Positions 17,679 through 27,288 of a stretch of 64,000 nucleotides of DNA are shown one piece after another. The notes beneath the pieces were generated by a model, which was given only the letters and a program-made list of their open reading frames with translations, ran no database searches and was not told where the DNA came from. This stretch comes from Escherichia coli (GTDB taxonomy: Bacteria > Pseudomonadota > Gammaproteobacteria > Enterobacterales > Enterobacteriaceae). A program made the position numbers and the translations under genes. The stretch is from NCBI RefSeq assembly GCF_044324785.1, contig NZ_CP172127.1. One strand, written 5' to 3'. Positions within the stretch are counted from its first letter, which is position 1. The number at the start of each line of letters is the position of its first letter.

Positions 17679-18160
17679 TGACGGATCCTAAATGGCTAAT
17701 TGAGGCTCGAAAAAACCTCGGCATTCGGGAAATGAAAGGGAAGCAACATGCTGCAGAAATTGTGCAGTACTGGAAAGATATCAAACGCGGCGGCATTAAG
17801 GATGACGAAACACCGTGGTGCTCCGCCTTCACAGGAGCAATGCTGGAACGTGCAGGTATTCGCTCAACGCGTTTTGAGTCTGCGAATTCTTATCTCGATT
17901 GGGGTAATGAACTGAAGGAACCCGCCTATGGATGCATTGCTATTCTGTCTCGGTCTGGCGGTGGTCACGTCGGCTTTGTTGTCGGGAAAAATGCCGCCGG
18001 GGATTTAATGATTTTGGGGGGCAACCAGGCAGATGAAGTAAATATCAAAGCTTTTCCGAGCTCACGAGTTACCGGCTATCGCTGGCCTGTTGATGTGCTG
18101 GATGTGCCGTCAACCTTGCCGCTGCTGATGGGAGGTGAATTATCAACTTCGGAGCAGTAA
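17678..18160 (+). CDS. putative endolysin, CHAP/NlpC-P60-like cell-wall peptidase (TIGR02594-type)
   Basis: ETPWCSAF Cys and GGGHVGFVVG His motifs; position after holin genes. Confidence 0.55.
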   Translation: MTDPKWLIEARKNLGIREMKGKQHAAEIVQYWKDIKRGGIKDDETPWCSAFTGAMLERAGIRSTRFESANSYLDWGNELKEPAYGCIAILSRSGGGHVGFVVGKNAAGDLMILGGNQADEVNIKAFPSSRVTGYRWPVDVLDVPSTLPLLMGGELSTSEQ

Positions 18161-18162
18161 CC

Positions 18163-18354
18163 ATGAAAAAGTTCTTTCTACTGGCAGCGTTGGTGCTTGC
18201 GGGTTGCTCAAACACGACGTACACGGAAGCAACGCATCCCAACGGCACGACCGTAAAGCACATTTCTATCGCACCGGGTACGAAGATCACAACCGCAAGT
18301 GGTGGCTGTATCGACTCTGCCGGGGCTGCGGCTTCATGCCCATTGGATCAATGA
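18163..18354 (+). CDS. small lipoprotein, possible spanin component
   Basis: signal peptide with lipobox LAGC; directly follows endolysin. Confidence 0.45.
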   Translation: MKKFFLLAALVLAGCSNTTYTEATHPNGTTVKHISIAPGTKITTASGGCIDSAGAAASCPLDQ

Positions 18355-18552
18355 GGGTAATTGGCATAGGCAATTTAACCGTATAAGTGCGCCTTCACCG
18401 GCTTCCTGCAAATAAGTGCATTTCGTAATTTATAAAGTTCTAAGAAGCAAGTCCATAAGCTTAACATTACAGCACAAACGATCTGTTTTTAGTTCTATGG
18501 GTGTTCTCTTTTTTCGGGAATATATTTTAGTAACCAGAATTAAATTCTAAAA

Positions 18553-18577
18553 GGCCTCGCAACTGCGGGGCTTTTTT
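18553..18577 (+). terminator. intrinsic terminator after lysis cassette
   Basis: gcctcgc-aact-gcggggc hairpin plus tttttt. Confidence 0.55.
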
Positions 18578-18730
18578 ATATCCGTATTTCGCTGCGCACC
18601 GCATGCGCATATCAACCACCGAACCAAACCCTTTGGAATGAGCCGTTGAGGATGTCAGTTAGTGCTGGCGAGCCTCGGTGGGCTGACTTCCTATGCGGCA
18701 ACGGTTCATCTCAAAGAGTAGGTACACGCT

Positions 18731-19228
18731 ATGAAATCATTAACCCTCTTCAATCAACCAATCCGCGTCGGGGATGATGGCATGATCTGCCTCACCGACA
18801 TGTGGAAAGCCAGCGGCAAAAGTGACGCTGAATCGCCGTACCACTATCTGCGAAACAAGCAGACCAAAGAGTTCCTTGTCGAGCTGGAGAAAAACCACGA
18901 ATCTGTGGTTTTCACTGCCCGCGGCGTACACGGCGGAACCTATGGCGGGAAGTTTGTTGCTTACGATTATGCGGCTTGGTTAAACCCAGGGTTCAAGTAT
19001 GCAGCCTATAAAGTACTCGATGACTACTTCACCGGAGAGCTTCGGCATCGTAATAGCTTAAGTGCGCAGCTCAACATGAAGTGTTATGAGTTTGACCAGA
19101 AGAAAGACATGGCGAGCTTCTGTGGGCAAGGACTCGCGGCATGGCGTTATACAAAGCCTGTGCTGATCGCTGAGATGAACACCTTGGCAAACCAACTGCA
19201 GATTACGCTCCCTGGACTTCCTGGATGA
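18731..19228 (+). CDS. KilA-N domain protein
   Basis: N-terminal FNQPIRVGDDGMICLTDMWKASGKSDAESPYHYLRNKQTKEFL. Confidence 0.55.
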   Translation: MKSLTLFNQPIRVGDDGMICLTDMWKASGKSDAESPYHYLRNKQTKEFLVELEKNHESVVFTARGVHGGTYGGKFVAYDYAAWLNPGFKYAAYKVLDDYFTGELRHRNSLSAQLNMKCYEFDQKKDMASFCGQGLAAWRYTKPVLIAEMNTLANQLQITLPGLPG

Positions 19229-19467
19229 GTAATCGCGTCATCGAATGCGCCTCCAGAGCGGGGCGTGACTTCTCAGAGTTCATGAAAGGCGAGAAGGGTA
19301 TGGAGGACGCGCTGTCCTCGGTGAATCAGTTTGGCGAGCAGATTCGACTCAACGGCTGCGTCAATCATCACTTTGTCAGTTACATGATGCGTAACGCGAT
19401 CATGCAGGCATTCATGGACATGGCAAGCACTGAGAAAAAAGAAGAGCGCCGACGTAAACGAGCGTAA
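19225..19467 (+). CDS. hypothetical protein (80 aa)
   Basis: start overlaps stop of KilA-N gene. Confidence 0.4.
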   Translation: MSNRVIECASRAGRDFSEFMKGEKGMEDALSSVNQFGEQIRLNGCVNHHFVSYMMRNAIMQAFMDMASTEKKEERRRKRA

Positions 19468-19617
19468 GCAAAAGCTGAGTAGTCATTCCAAAGCTCATCC
19501 CCGGGCGGGCTTGATAATGGATAGTCATCACAGATTTAAAATGTGGCAATGAAGTCTCTTTAATAAGCCAATTCTTAGCATTATTCTGACCTCTCCAATT
19601 GAAAAGGAGGTTGAGTA

Positions 19618-19809
19618 ATGTCAGATGAAATCCGTCGCTGTAAAATCGTCAGTATGTATGAACAACCCGAGGGAACGTTCATTAAGTTCGCTCCAGTGAA
19701 ATTCTATGACGAAGGCAACAACCCTCATGTCGGCGAGCAAGCAATCGTAGAGATGGATAACGGCAAAGTGATTACCGTAAACCCGGGTGAGATTCACTTT
19801 ATTAAATAG
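19618..19809 (+). CDS. hypothetical protein (63 aa)
   Basis: AAGGAGG RBS; followed by terminator. Confidence 0.45.
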   Translation: MSDEIRRCKIVSMYEQPEGTFIKFAPVKFYDEGNNPHVGEQAIVEMDNGKVITVNPGEIHFIK

Positions 19810-19830
19810 TGACAAAACTGATTGTGATGA

Positions 19831-19853
19831 AACCCACTGCGGTGGGTTTTTTA
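19831..19853 (+). terminator. intrinsic terminator
   Basis: aacccactgcggtgggtt hairpin plus tttttatt. Confidence 0.7.
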
Positions 19854-19883
19854 TTGCCATCACCATGGGCAGACCCATCGTAA

Positions 19884-19913
19884 TGGCAAAAGCAGGGCGA
19901 GGTTATCGCCCTG
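19884..19913 (-). terminator. intrinsic terminator for minus-strand operon 19918..20420
   Basis: cagggcga..tcgccctg hairpin followed on minus strand by cttttg. Confidence 0.5.
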
Positions 19914-19917
19914 TGTC

Positions 19918-20187
19918 TTAACCGCGTGCCTCACGACCCTCCTCGTCCTCAGGTACACGATATCGCCAGTATTTGTCCGGCCTAACCCAAACAACATCCC
20001 CGCCGCTATCAACTCTGAACTTATTTATGACTTTTGTTGAAAGTGCTTGGTTGCCGTCTGCATTTTCCTTCAAATGTTGCTCATTACCAACTTTGACCAA
20101 ATAATCAACGACGTCCTGCTGGTATAAGCATCCATCTTTTTGCAGTGCAGATAACATCCAATTTGATACATCTGCAACATCTAACAC
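19918..20187 (-). CDS. hypothetical protein (89 aa)
   Basis: second gene of minus-strand pair. Confidence 0.4.
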   Translation of the reverse strand: MLDVADVSNWMLSALQKDGCLYQQDVVDYLVKVGNEQHLKENADGNQALSTKVINKFRVDSGGDVVWVRPDKYWRYRVPEDEEGREARG

Positions 20188-20201
20188 AGTGGTTGATTGG
20201 G

Positions 20202-20420
20202 TTATGGCTTTGGGATGAATTTATCTAACGACTCTTCTGGGAAATTACCACTGTCTAATTTCCTTCCTGCAAACCATTGGCAACGGTAGTTACCATTGAA
20301 GGTATCCGATAAGGTAGTAAGTGGTTTTTCAACAGTCATTGCTGGGCCACCTGATTTCAATACGACTAGCTCCCCTTTATTAAATTTTGCAACTGGAGTT
20401 TGTGAAGGTGCTTTAGCCAT
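20202..20420 (-). CDS. DUF2158-family small protein (YodC-like paralog)
   Basis: KGELVVLKSGGPAMTVEK ... YRCQWFAGRKL ... FPEESL parallels host YodC (57562..57744). Confidence 0.55.
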   Translation of the reverse strand: MAKAPSQTPVAKFNKGELVVLKSGGPAMTVEKPLTTLSDTFNGNYRCQWFAGRKLDSGNFPEESLDKFIPKP

Positions 20421-20757
20421 TTTATGTCCTTAAAAGTTAGTGATATGACAATGATTAGATGGCGACAATAGGTATAAATTTCAATAATAACAACTTGACT
20501 TAGCTCACAAAATTTAAAGGAAATCTTATGGCAAAACCGGACTGGGGAGCACTGCAACACCAGTTCCTCGCCGTCCATGCCAAAACGGGTATATCACCGA
20601 AAGAATGGTGTGACGCGTAGGGACTGAGCTTCGCAACAGCCGCCGACGTATAAAAAACAATTGCGCAATGTGCCAAAGAGCTGGTGCCTGATGTAAGAGA
20701 CGTTTTACTTAAACGAGAGGCCGCCTTTTTGTTTTAAGACGGCACACCTTCAACAGG

Positions 20758-21003
20758 TTAAGGTAACCGATTTGACCATTTAGTTGCGCGCCAGTTGTTC
20801 TGAATCATAATCTCCTCGAGTATCTCATCTGAAGGCTCTGCTTCGCCGCTTAACCATTCTCTTAAAGTTGGACAATGCAGGTAAGAGGAGTTCGCACGAT
20901 AAAAAGATACGATGGTTTCCTCTGATAACTTCTCAGGAAATTTTTTGGGGTCAGCTTCTTTTAATATTACGCTCATTAAGGCTTCGATTTTTTCTTTGTT
21001 CAT
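20758..21003 (-). CDS. hypothetical protein (81 aa)
   Basis: ORF only. Confidence 0.35.
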   Translation of the reverse strand: MNKEKIEALMSVILKEADPKKFPEKLSEETIVSFYRANSSYLHCPTLREWLSGEAEPSDEILEEIMIQNNWRATKWSNRLP

Positions 21004-21374
21004 TTTTTTGTGTGCTCATGGTTGTTGCTTTTCTGTAAGAATATCAATAATTTCAAGATATATACACATAGGGAAAACTTTGTTCGGTAGTCTATCGATA
21101 CAGCGCAAAAGGATGGCTCGCTGCCAAAGTGAAAGCTTACGCTGATAATGAGATACACAAAGCTGATGTATGCAAACAAGTACGCCGCGAGGCTACAGTC
21201 GAGTTTGATGAACCTGATGCGAGCCCCCGATTCCTGTCCTGAAAGGGATATAGCCCCCCTGGTCGCGGGTCCTTTCCGAAATTCAAAACACCGAGGGTCG
21301 GTAGACGCGCAAAAACTCACTCGTTTTTAGTATTTTTTCATTTTGGGTATTTCCGGTTCCGGTGAGGATTTTTA

Positions 21375-21941
21375 ATGGCAAGTCAGGCTGAGGTCGCAGC
21401 ACATTTACTGCTATCTGATCGTCGTCTGCGCGATCTTGCAAAACTTCCGGGAGCCCCAGTCCCCCAAGGACGTGGCGATTGGGAACTTGACGCATGGCGC
21501 CATTTTTATATTCGTTATCTCCGGAGCAATAGACGCGACACAACTAGTAATGACGAACCGGAAGCTGGGGACAATTCTCCCGAAAAAAATCGCGAGCAGT
21601 GGTTGAAAAATGAGGAACGGCAGGAGCGAATCCTGATGGCTCGCGTGAAACGCCGCATTCTTGCTAAACGCTACGCGCCAATTGAATTAATCAGCGTATC
21701 TGTATCTCGCGTCGCAGTTGAATTACGTACCCGTGTCGAATCGTGGCCACCACGGTTAAAAAAGGTGTGGCCGGAAATGCCGCAGGAGGCGAGCAGTGTA
21801 TTACGAGAGGAGCTGGCAATAGCCCTGAATGAACTGGCAGACATACGAATCGACTTCAGCGATTACGATGTCAGCGATATCGAACGCGATCTCGACAGGG
21901 TTGAATCCCTTGCGCGTGACGATACCGATGACGGGGGTTGA
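21375..21941 (+). CDS. terminase small subunit
   Basis: position immediately upstream of and overlapping gpA-like large terminase; acidic C-terminus. Confidence 0.55.
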   Translation: MASQAEVAAHLLLSDRRLRDLAKLPGAPVPQGRGDWELDAWRHFYIRYLRSNRRDTTSNDEPEAGDNSPEKNREQWLKNEERQERILMARVKRRILAKRYAPIELISVSVSRVAVELRTRVESWPPRLKKVWPEMPQEASSVLREELAIALNELADIRIDFSDYDVSDIERDLDRVESLARDDTDDGG

Positions 21942-23790
21942 GTGGGCTGATAAACATTTTTATCTTCCCGAAGGCTCAAGCCATATTGCTGGCCACTGGA
22001 CGACTCAGCCGGTCCAGGTAGTGATGTTAAATATGATGACTAACGACGCGATAAAAATCGTGTCTGTTCGCAAATCAGCTCGTCTCGGTTATACAAAAAT
22101 ACTCGTCGCGGCGCTGCTCTATTTCGCTGAGCACAAAAAACGTAGTGCCGTGGTCTATCAGCCTATCGATGACGAATCGGATGGATTTGTCGCCGACGAG
22201 GTTGACCCCGCTATCGCCGAAATGCCGGTGATTCAGAAAATTTTCCCAGACTGGGATAAAAGCAACGAGCGTAACAATCTCCAGCGCAAAGAGATGAGCG
22301 GCGCAATTATTGATTTTCGCGGCGCGAGTACGCCGGGGAATTTTCGTCGACTGACGAAACAGGTTGTCGAAGGTGACGAGGTCGACGGCTGGCCGCTGGA
22401 GGTCGCTAAAAAAGGTAAAGGCGAAGGCTCGCCAATTGAGCTGGCGCTCGTTCGAATTAAGGGCGCAGCATACCCGAAAGCGATTTTTGGTTCGACGCCG
22501 ACCGTTACTGGCAAAAGCCATATAGAAATGTTGGAAGACGCGGCTGATCTGACGTTTCGTTTTTACCTGAAGTGTCCGCATTGTGGCGAGGAGCAGGTCC
22601 TGGTATTTGGTTTCGACGGTATCGAATACGGTCTCAAGTGGGATGACAGCCTGCAGACCAACGAGTCGAAATCGTCGTCCGCGTATTACCAGTGCTGCCA
22701 CTGCCCGGAGCATTTTTACTATCGCGATCTCGAAAAAATGGAGCTCGGGGGGCGCTGGATAGCCGAGGACTGCACCTGGACCCGAGACGGAATCCATTTT
22801 TTTGATCATGACAGTGGCGTCGTTCGCGCGCCGAAACACGCGGCGATCGTGATAAACGCCCTGTATTCACTAAACCTTGATGGATGGGGCGAGATTGTCA
22901 GCGAGTGGCTGAAAGCGAAGGGCGACCCACTCAAAGAAAAAACGTTTCATAACACGACGCTCGGCGAGCTTTGGAGCGACGTGGCCAGCGAGCAGCTGGA
23001 GCACGATATTCTGGTTAATCGCCGGGAAAAATACGCCAGCCAGGTTCCTGACGGTGTTGTTTATATAACCGGCGGCATCGACTCTCAGACGTCCGGGCGC
23101 TACGAGTGTTACGTGTGGGGCTGGGGAGCTGAGGAAGAGTGCTGGCTGATTGATAAAACAATCGTCCTCGGTCGCTACGACGAAGAGGACACGCTGCAGC
23201 GTGTCGACGGAGTGATTCGCAAACAATACCGGCGCAGCGACGGGACCACAATCGGCGTCAGCCGCTGGGCGTGGGATACCGGCGGTATAGATGCGCAGGT
23301 TGTTTATAACCGCTCGCTGAAACTCGGTCCGCTGTGGGTCATTCCAATTAAAGGCGCAAGCTCATACGGCCAGCCAGTCGTAAATATGCCGCGTACACGT
23401 AACGCGAATAAAGTTTATTTGTCGTTAATCGGTACTGACACAGCAAAAGATTTGCTCGCGATGCGCCTGCCACTGGAACCAGACCCAAAATCAGCGACAC
23501 CGGGTGCAATTCATTTTCCAAACGACGACGAAAAATTCGGCACAACAGAGGCAAAACAGCTCGTCTCTGAAGTTCTGATCCCGAAACTCATTAACGGTCG
23601 CGTCGTTTACCGCTGGGACAACCAGGGGCGGCGAAATGAGGCGCTCGACTGCTGGGTATACGGGCTGGCAGCGCTGCGTATCAGTAAAATTCGTTTCCAG
23701 CTCAATCTCGAGACGCTCGCTGAGCAACGGAAAAAATCACAAAACAAACTGTCTCTCGAGGAGATGGCGAGAATGCTCGGAGGGAGCTAA
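21829..23790 (+). CDS. terminase large subunit (lambda gpA family)
   Basis: VEWADKHFYLPEGS, VRKSARLGYTKIL, CPHCGEEQ, ITGGIDSQ, WGWGAEEECWLID, VIPIKGAS, RRNEALDC all parallel lambda A; start may be internal Met near 21928. Confidence 0.9.
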   Translation: MNWQTYESTSAITMSAISNAISTGLNPLRVTIPMTGVEWADKHFYLPEGSSHIAGHWTTQPVQVVMLNMMTNDAIKIVSVRKSARLGYTKILVAALLYFAEHKKRSAVVYQPIDDESDGFVADEVDPAIAEMPVIQKIFPDWDKSNERNNLQRKEMSGAIIDFRGASTPGNFRRLTKQVVEGDEVDGWPLEVAKKGKGEGSPIELALVRIKGAAYPKAIFGSTPTVTGKSHIEMLEDAADLTFRFYLKCPHCGEEQVLVFGFDGIEYGLKWDDSLQTNESKSSSAYYQCCHCPEHFYYRDLEKMELGGRWIAEDCTWTRDGIHFFDHDSGVVRAPKHAAIVINALYSLNLDGWGEIVSEWLKAKGDPLKEKTFHNTTLGELWSDVASEQLEHDILVNRREKYASQVPDGVVYITGGIDSQTSGRYECYVWGWGAEEECWLIDKTIVLGRYDEEDTLQRVDGVIRKQYRRSDGTTIGVSRWAWDTGGIDAQVVYNRSLKLGPLWVIPIKGASSYGQPVVNMPRTRNANKVYLSLIGTDTAKDLLAMRLPLEPDPKSATPGAIHFPNDDEKFGTTEAKQLVSEVLIPKLINGRVVYRWDNQGRRNEALDCWVYGLAALRISKIRFQLNLETLAEQRKKSQNKLSLEEMARMLGGS

Positions 23791-24023
23791 TGACCGCGCG
23801 CGAGGTTTTAACAGAACGGCTGCTGGAAGCGGAAATCGCTCTGCACAAATTATTAACGGGTAAATCGACCGTGTCGCTGTCTCACGGCGATTCAGCGGGA
23901 AATAACCGGAGCTATCAGTACTCCCAGGCGAGTATTGAACAGCTCCGAACGTACATTATCGAGCTGAAATCACAGCTCGGTCTGAGTACGGGACGCCGCC
24001 GTCCCGTGGGAGTTCGATTATGA
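23790..24023 (+). CDS. head-tail joining protein (lambda gpW-like)
   Basis: size and LHKLLTGK...YI.ELK.Q.G pattern as lambda W; follows terminase. Confidence 0.65.
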   Translation: MTAREVLTERLLEAEIALHKLLTGKSTVSLSHGDSAGNNRSYQYSQASIEQLRTYIIELKSQLGLSTGRRRPVGVRL

Positions 24024-25594
24024 CTGCTCCACAGCAGCTGCTCGGGCCTGACGGTAAAACGCCACTACGCCGTTTTGCGGGGTATAACGGCGGCGGTCCC
24101 GGTTTCGGTGGCCAGCTGATTGACTGGAATGCGCCACAGCAAAGCGCCGATGCGGCACTGCTGCCTAATTTTTATCGCGGTAACGCGCGAGCAGACGATC
24201 TCGTTCGCAATAACGGTGTCGCGTCGAACGCCGTGCAGCTGCACCAGGATCATATTGTCGGCAATCTGTTTAAATTGAGTTATCGCCCTAACTGGCGTTA
24301 CCTAGGGATATCTCGCGAGGACGCCAGGGCGCTGGCGCGTGACGTTGAGGTCGCGTGGACTGAATACGCTGAGGACCCTCACTGCACGATTGATATCGAG
24401 CGGAAACGGACGTTCACAATGATGATCCGCGAGGGTGTGGCCACTCACGCGTTTAACGGTGAAACCTGCGTACAACCGGTCTGGGAAAGCAGTACCGGTA
24501 GCGTTTTTCGGACGCGATTCAAAATGGTTTCGCCGAAACGGATTCGAAATCCGGGTTACGCAGCTGACACCCGATTTCGCCGCGCCGGTGTTGATATCGA
24601 TAAAAATGGAGCCGCAGTGGGCTACTGGATAGCCGAGGACACCTATCCACTCGGTGGAATCGGCAAGTGCCGGCGTATACCAGCGCAGCTCAGCAGCGGC
24701 AGACACGCATTCATTCACATATTCGAGCCGCTCGAGGACGGACAGACCCGCGGAGATAACATTTTCTACAGCGTCATGGAGCGCCTGAAAATGCTCGACA
24801 CACTGCAGCAAACACAGCTGCAGAGCGCGATTGTTAAGGCCATGTACGCCGCGACAATCGAATCAGAGCTCGATAGTCAGCAAGCGTTTGAATATATCGC
24901 CGGCGCGGGTACTGATATCGACTCGAACCCACTGAATTCGTTTATTCAGAGTTACGTGACGTACTACAACGGCGCAAATATCAAGCTCGGTGGTGTGAAA
25001 GTTCCTCATCTGCATCCCGGCGACAAACTCAGTTTACAGACCGCTCAGAATGCTGATGCTGGTTTTAGTTCACTGGAAAAATCACTCCTGCGTTACGTTG
25101 CAGCTGGCGTTGGCGCGTCATACGAAGAACTTAGCCGGGACTACAGCCAGGTCAGTTACTCCAGCGCCCGGGCCAGTGCTAACGTCAGCTGGCGATTTTT
25201 CATGGGGCGTCGACGTTTTATCGCCGCGCGACAGGCTTCGCTGATGTTCTGCTGCTGGTTTGAGGAGGCGCTGGCGCGCGGGATTATCACTCTGCCCCGC
25301 TCCGCGGTTCGGTCGTTTTACGAGGCGCGGAACTCCTGGACGAATGCCCTCTGGATCGGCGCTGGACGTATGGCCATCGATGGGCTGAAGGAGGTTCAGG
25401 AGAGCGCCATGAGAATCACGACCGGCCTCAGCACGTATCAGAACGAACTGGCGCTGCAGGGACAGGATTACGAGGAGGTTATGGAGCAACAGGAATACGA
25501 AATTCAGCGCCGGCGTGAAATGGGGCTGAGCGAACCGTCATGGTCTGTATCTCACTCCTCAAATACCAACGATAACGGCTGGGGAGGTAACTGA
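24020..25594 (+). CDS. portal protein (lambda gpB family)
   Basis: 524 aa, gene order and similarity to lambda B. Confidence 0.85.
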   Translation: MTAPQQLLGPDGKTPLRRFAGYNGGGPGFGGQLIDWNAPQQSADAALLPNFYRGNARADDLVRNNGVASNAVQLHQDHIVGNLFKLSYRPNWRYLGISREDARALARDVEVAWTEYAEDPHCTIDIERKRTFTMMIREGVATHAFNGETCVQPVWESSTGSVFRTRFKMVSPKRIRNPGYAADTRFRRAGVDIDKNGAAVGYWIAEDTYPLGGIGKCRRIPAQLSSGRHAFIHIFEPLEDGQTRGDNIFYSVMERLKMLDTLQQTQLQSAIVKAMYAATIESELDSQQAFEYIAGAGTDIDSNPLNSFIQSYVTYYNGANIKLGGVKVPHLHPGDKLSLQTAQNADAGFSSLEKSLLRYVAAGVGASYEELSRDYSQVSYSSARASANVSWRFFMGRRRFIAARQASLMFCCWFEEALARGIITLPRSAVRSFYEARNSWTNALWIGAGRMAIDGLKEVQESAMRITTGLSTYQNELALQGQDYEEVMEQQEYEIQRRREMGLSEPSWSVSHSSNTNDNGWGGN

Positions 25595-26901
25595 TGCCGT
25601 GGAACAATTTTCCGCACCTCGCCGCCAGGGCGTTCAATCAACCGCTTTTGCTGGAGCCCGCCTACGCGCGGGTGTTTTTTTCAGCGCTGAGCGACCGGTT
25701 CGGTACCGGGCGACTGATTGATACAGCGTCCGGAGAGGTAATGAACAGCGACGAAATGAACGCGCTCGCGATGGGGTGGGACAGCAGCGAGCGAACACGC
25801 CAGAAATCGTATCGCGTGGAGCGTGGTATAGCCGTTCTGCCTGTTACCGGGACGCTGGTTCATAAATTGGGTTATATCAATCCGGTCAGCGGGATGAGCG
25901 GTTACGACGGAATCGCAAAACGTCTGCAGCAGGCGATTTCTGATCCCGATGTTAAGGGGGTCTTGCTGGATATTGACTCCCCTGGCGGTGAGGTCGCCGG
26001 CGCGTTTGATACCGCTGATCTAATCGCCCGGGCGCGAGAGCAAAAACCGGTGTGGGCGCTGGCCAGCGATACGGCCTGCAGCGCCGCCTATTTGCTGGCG
26101 TCAGCGTGCTCGCGCAGGCTGATAACGCAGACCGGCACGGTTGGTTCAATCGGTGTCCTGATGGCTCACCGCTGCGTCGAAAAAGCGCTGGAGATTGCTG
26201 GCGTTGACGTGACGCTGATTTACGCCGGTGCACGCAAGGTCGACGGAAATCCTTACTCACAGCTGCCCGACGACGTTCGCGACGAATTCCAGCTGAGTAT
26301 TAACAGCACGCGCGAGCAGTTCGCGCAAAAAGTCTCGGATTATACCGGGCTGAAAAAATCCAGGGTGCTGGCCACTGAGGCCGCAGTATTTATCGGCGCG
26401 GACGCGATTAAATCTGGTCTCGCTGATCAACTCGTTAATTACGCGGACGCTATTGCAGTGATGGCCGACGCACTGAAACCAAAAATGGAGCGATTTATGC
26501 CAGGTACAGAAACCACGGCGGAGACCACGACCACAGAACAAACCGCGGCCACGACTACGGTCGCGCAGATTGAGTTCAACGAGAAACAGATTCGCGCTGA
26601 CGCTGTGTCGAGCGAACTGGCGCGCGTGATGGCCATCATCAATTGTCCCGAGGCCGTCGGGCGCGAGGCGCAGGCAAAAGCGCTCGCCGGCGTCCCCGGG
26701 ATGACCGTCGAGCAGGCGCAGCTGGTCCTCGCGGCAGCACCGCAAACGGCGCAGGCGCGGACAGAAACGGCGCTCGATACACTAATGAGCACTGAATCAC
26801 CGGCGACTATTCAGGATGCCGGCAGCATTACGGCAACAGGAACAACCGCAAACGTCTCGATGCTTGTCGCGGCAGGGCGTTCAATTTTAGGGGATGAATG
26901 A
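25594..26901 (+). CDS. head maturation protease / scaffold (lambda gpC-like, S49 ClpP-like)
   Basis: S49 peptidase core plus Ala/Thr-rich scaffold-like C-terminus. Confidence 0.8.
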   Translation: MPWNNFPHLAARAFNQPLLLEPAYARVFFSALSDRFGTGRLIDTASGEVMNSDEMNALAMGWDSSERTRQKSYRVERGIAVLPVTGTLVHKLGYINPVSGMSGYDGIAKRLQQAISDPDVKGVLLDIDSPGGEVAGAFDTADLIARAREQKPVWALASDTACSAAYLLASACSRRLITQTGTVGSIGVLMAHRCVEKALEIAGVDVTLIYAGARKVDGNPYSQLPDDVRDEFQLSINSTREQFAQKVSDYTGLKKSRVLATEAAVFIGADAIKSGLADQLVNYADAIAVMADALKPKMERFMPGTETTAETTTTEQTAATTTVAQIEFNEKQIRADAVSSELARVMAIINCPEAVGREAQAKALAGVPGMTVEQAQLVLAAAPQTAQARTETALDTLMSTESPATIQDAGSITATGTTANVSMLVAAGRSILGDE

Positions 26902-27230
26902 TGACCACAGAAACGTATAGCCCGGATGATTTTATTCTGGGACCTGATCTCGTTGTGACGACCGTCGGTCATTTTCAGGGTGGGATCAACGTACCCCGGC
27001 TGACACCGATTATGCTAGACGCTACCGCCGGCACGTTTAAAGTCTGGGACGGTTCAGTCGGTAAGGCCATTGGCCTCACAGCCACCGCAGTTAATACGGG
27101 TTCCAGTTCTGCAGACTGCTCGTACTACAAATCAGGCTCGTTCCGTTACACGGCGATCAATTGGGGTACGGTTACCGACGTAGCTAAACGCAAATCAGCG
27201 TTTGCTGGTACGCCAGTCAGCGTCGGCTGA
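26898..27230 (+). CDS. head decoration protein (lambda gpD-like)
   Basis: PLMLD...W.G...YKSG.FRY...W......KR.AFAGT pattern as lambda D. Confidence 0.75.
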   Translation: MMTTETYSPDDFILGPDLVVTTVGHFQGGINVPRLTPIMLDATAGTFKVWDGSVGKAIGLTATAVNTGSSSADCSYYKSGSFRYTAINWGTVTDVAKRKSAFAGTPVSVG

Positions 27231-27251
27231 TGGCAAAAAAACTCAAAACAA

Positions 27252-27277
27252 GCCGCCTCCGGGCGGTTTTTTTATAC
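27252..27277 (+). terminator. intrinsic terminator / attenuator before major capsid gene
   Basis: ccgcc-tccg-ggcgg hairpin plus ttttttt. Confidence 0.6.
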
Positions 27278-27288
27278 AGGATATCTAA

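Noticed and set aside
18135-18386. 83-aa ORF overlapping the lysis lipoprotein gene, considered as an embedded i-spanin
   Set aside because: The translation has no N-terminal transmembrane segment, so it does not fit an Rz-type partner.
22075-23727. Several minus-strand ORFs (22075..22839, 22870..23226 and others) inside the terminase large subunit gene
   Set aside because: They run antisense to a confidently identified gpA-family gene and have Arg/Ser/Pro-rich translations typical of spurious reverse frames.
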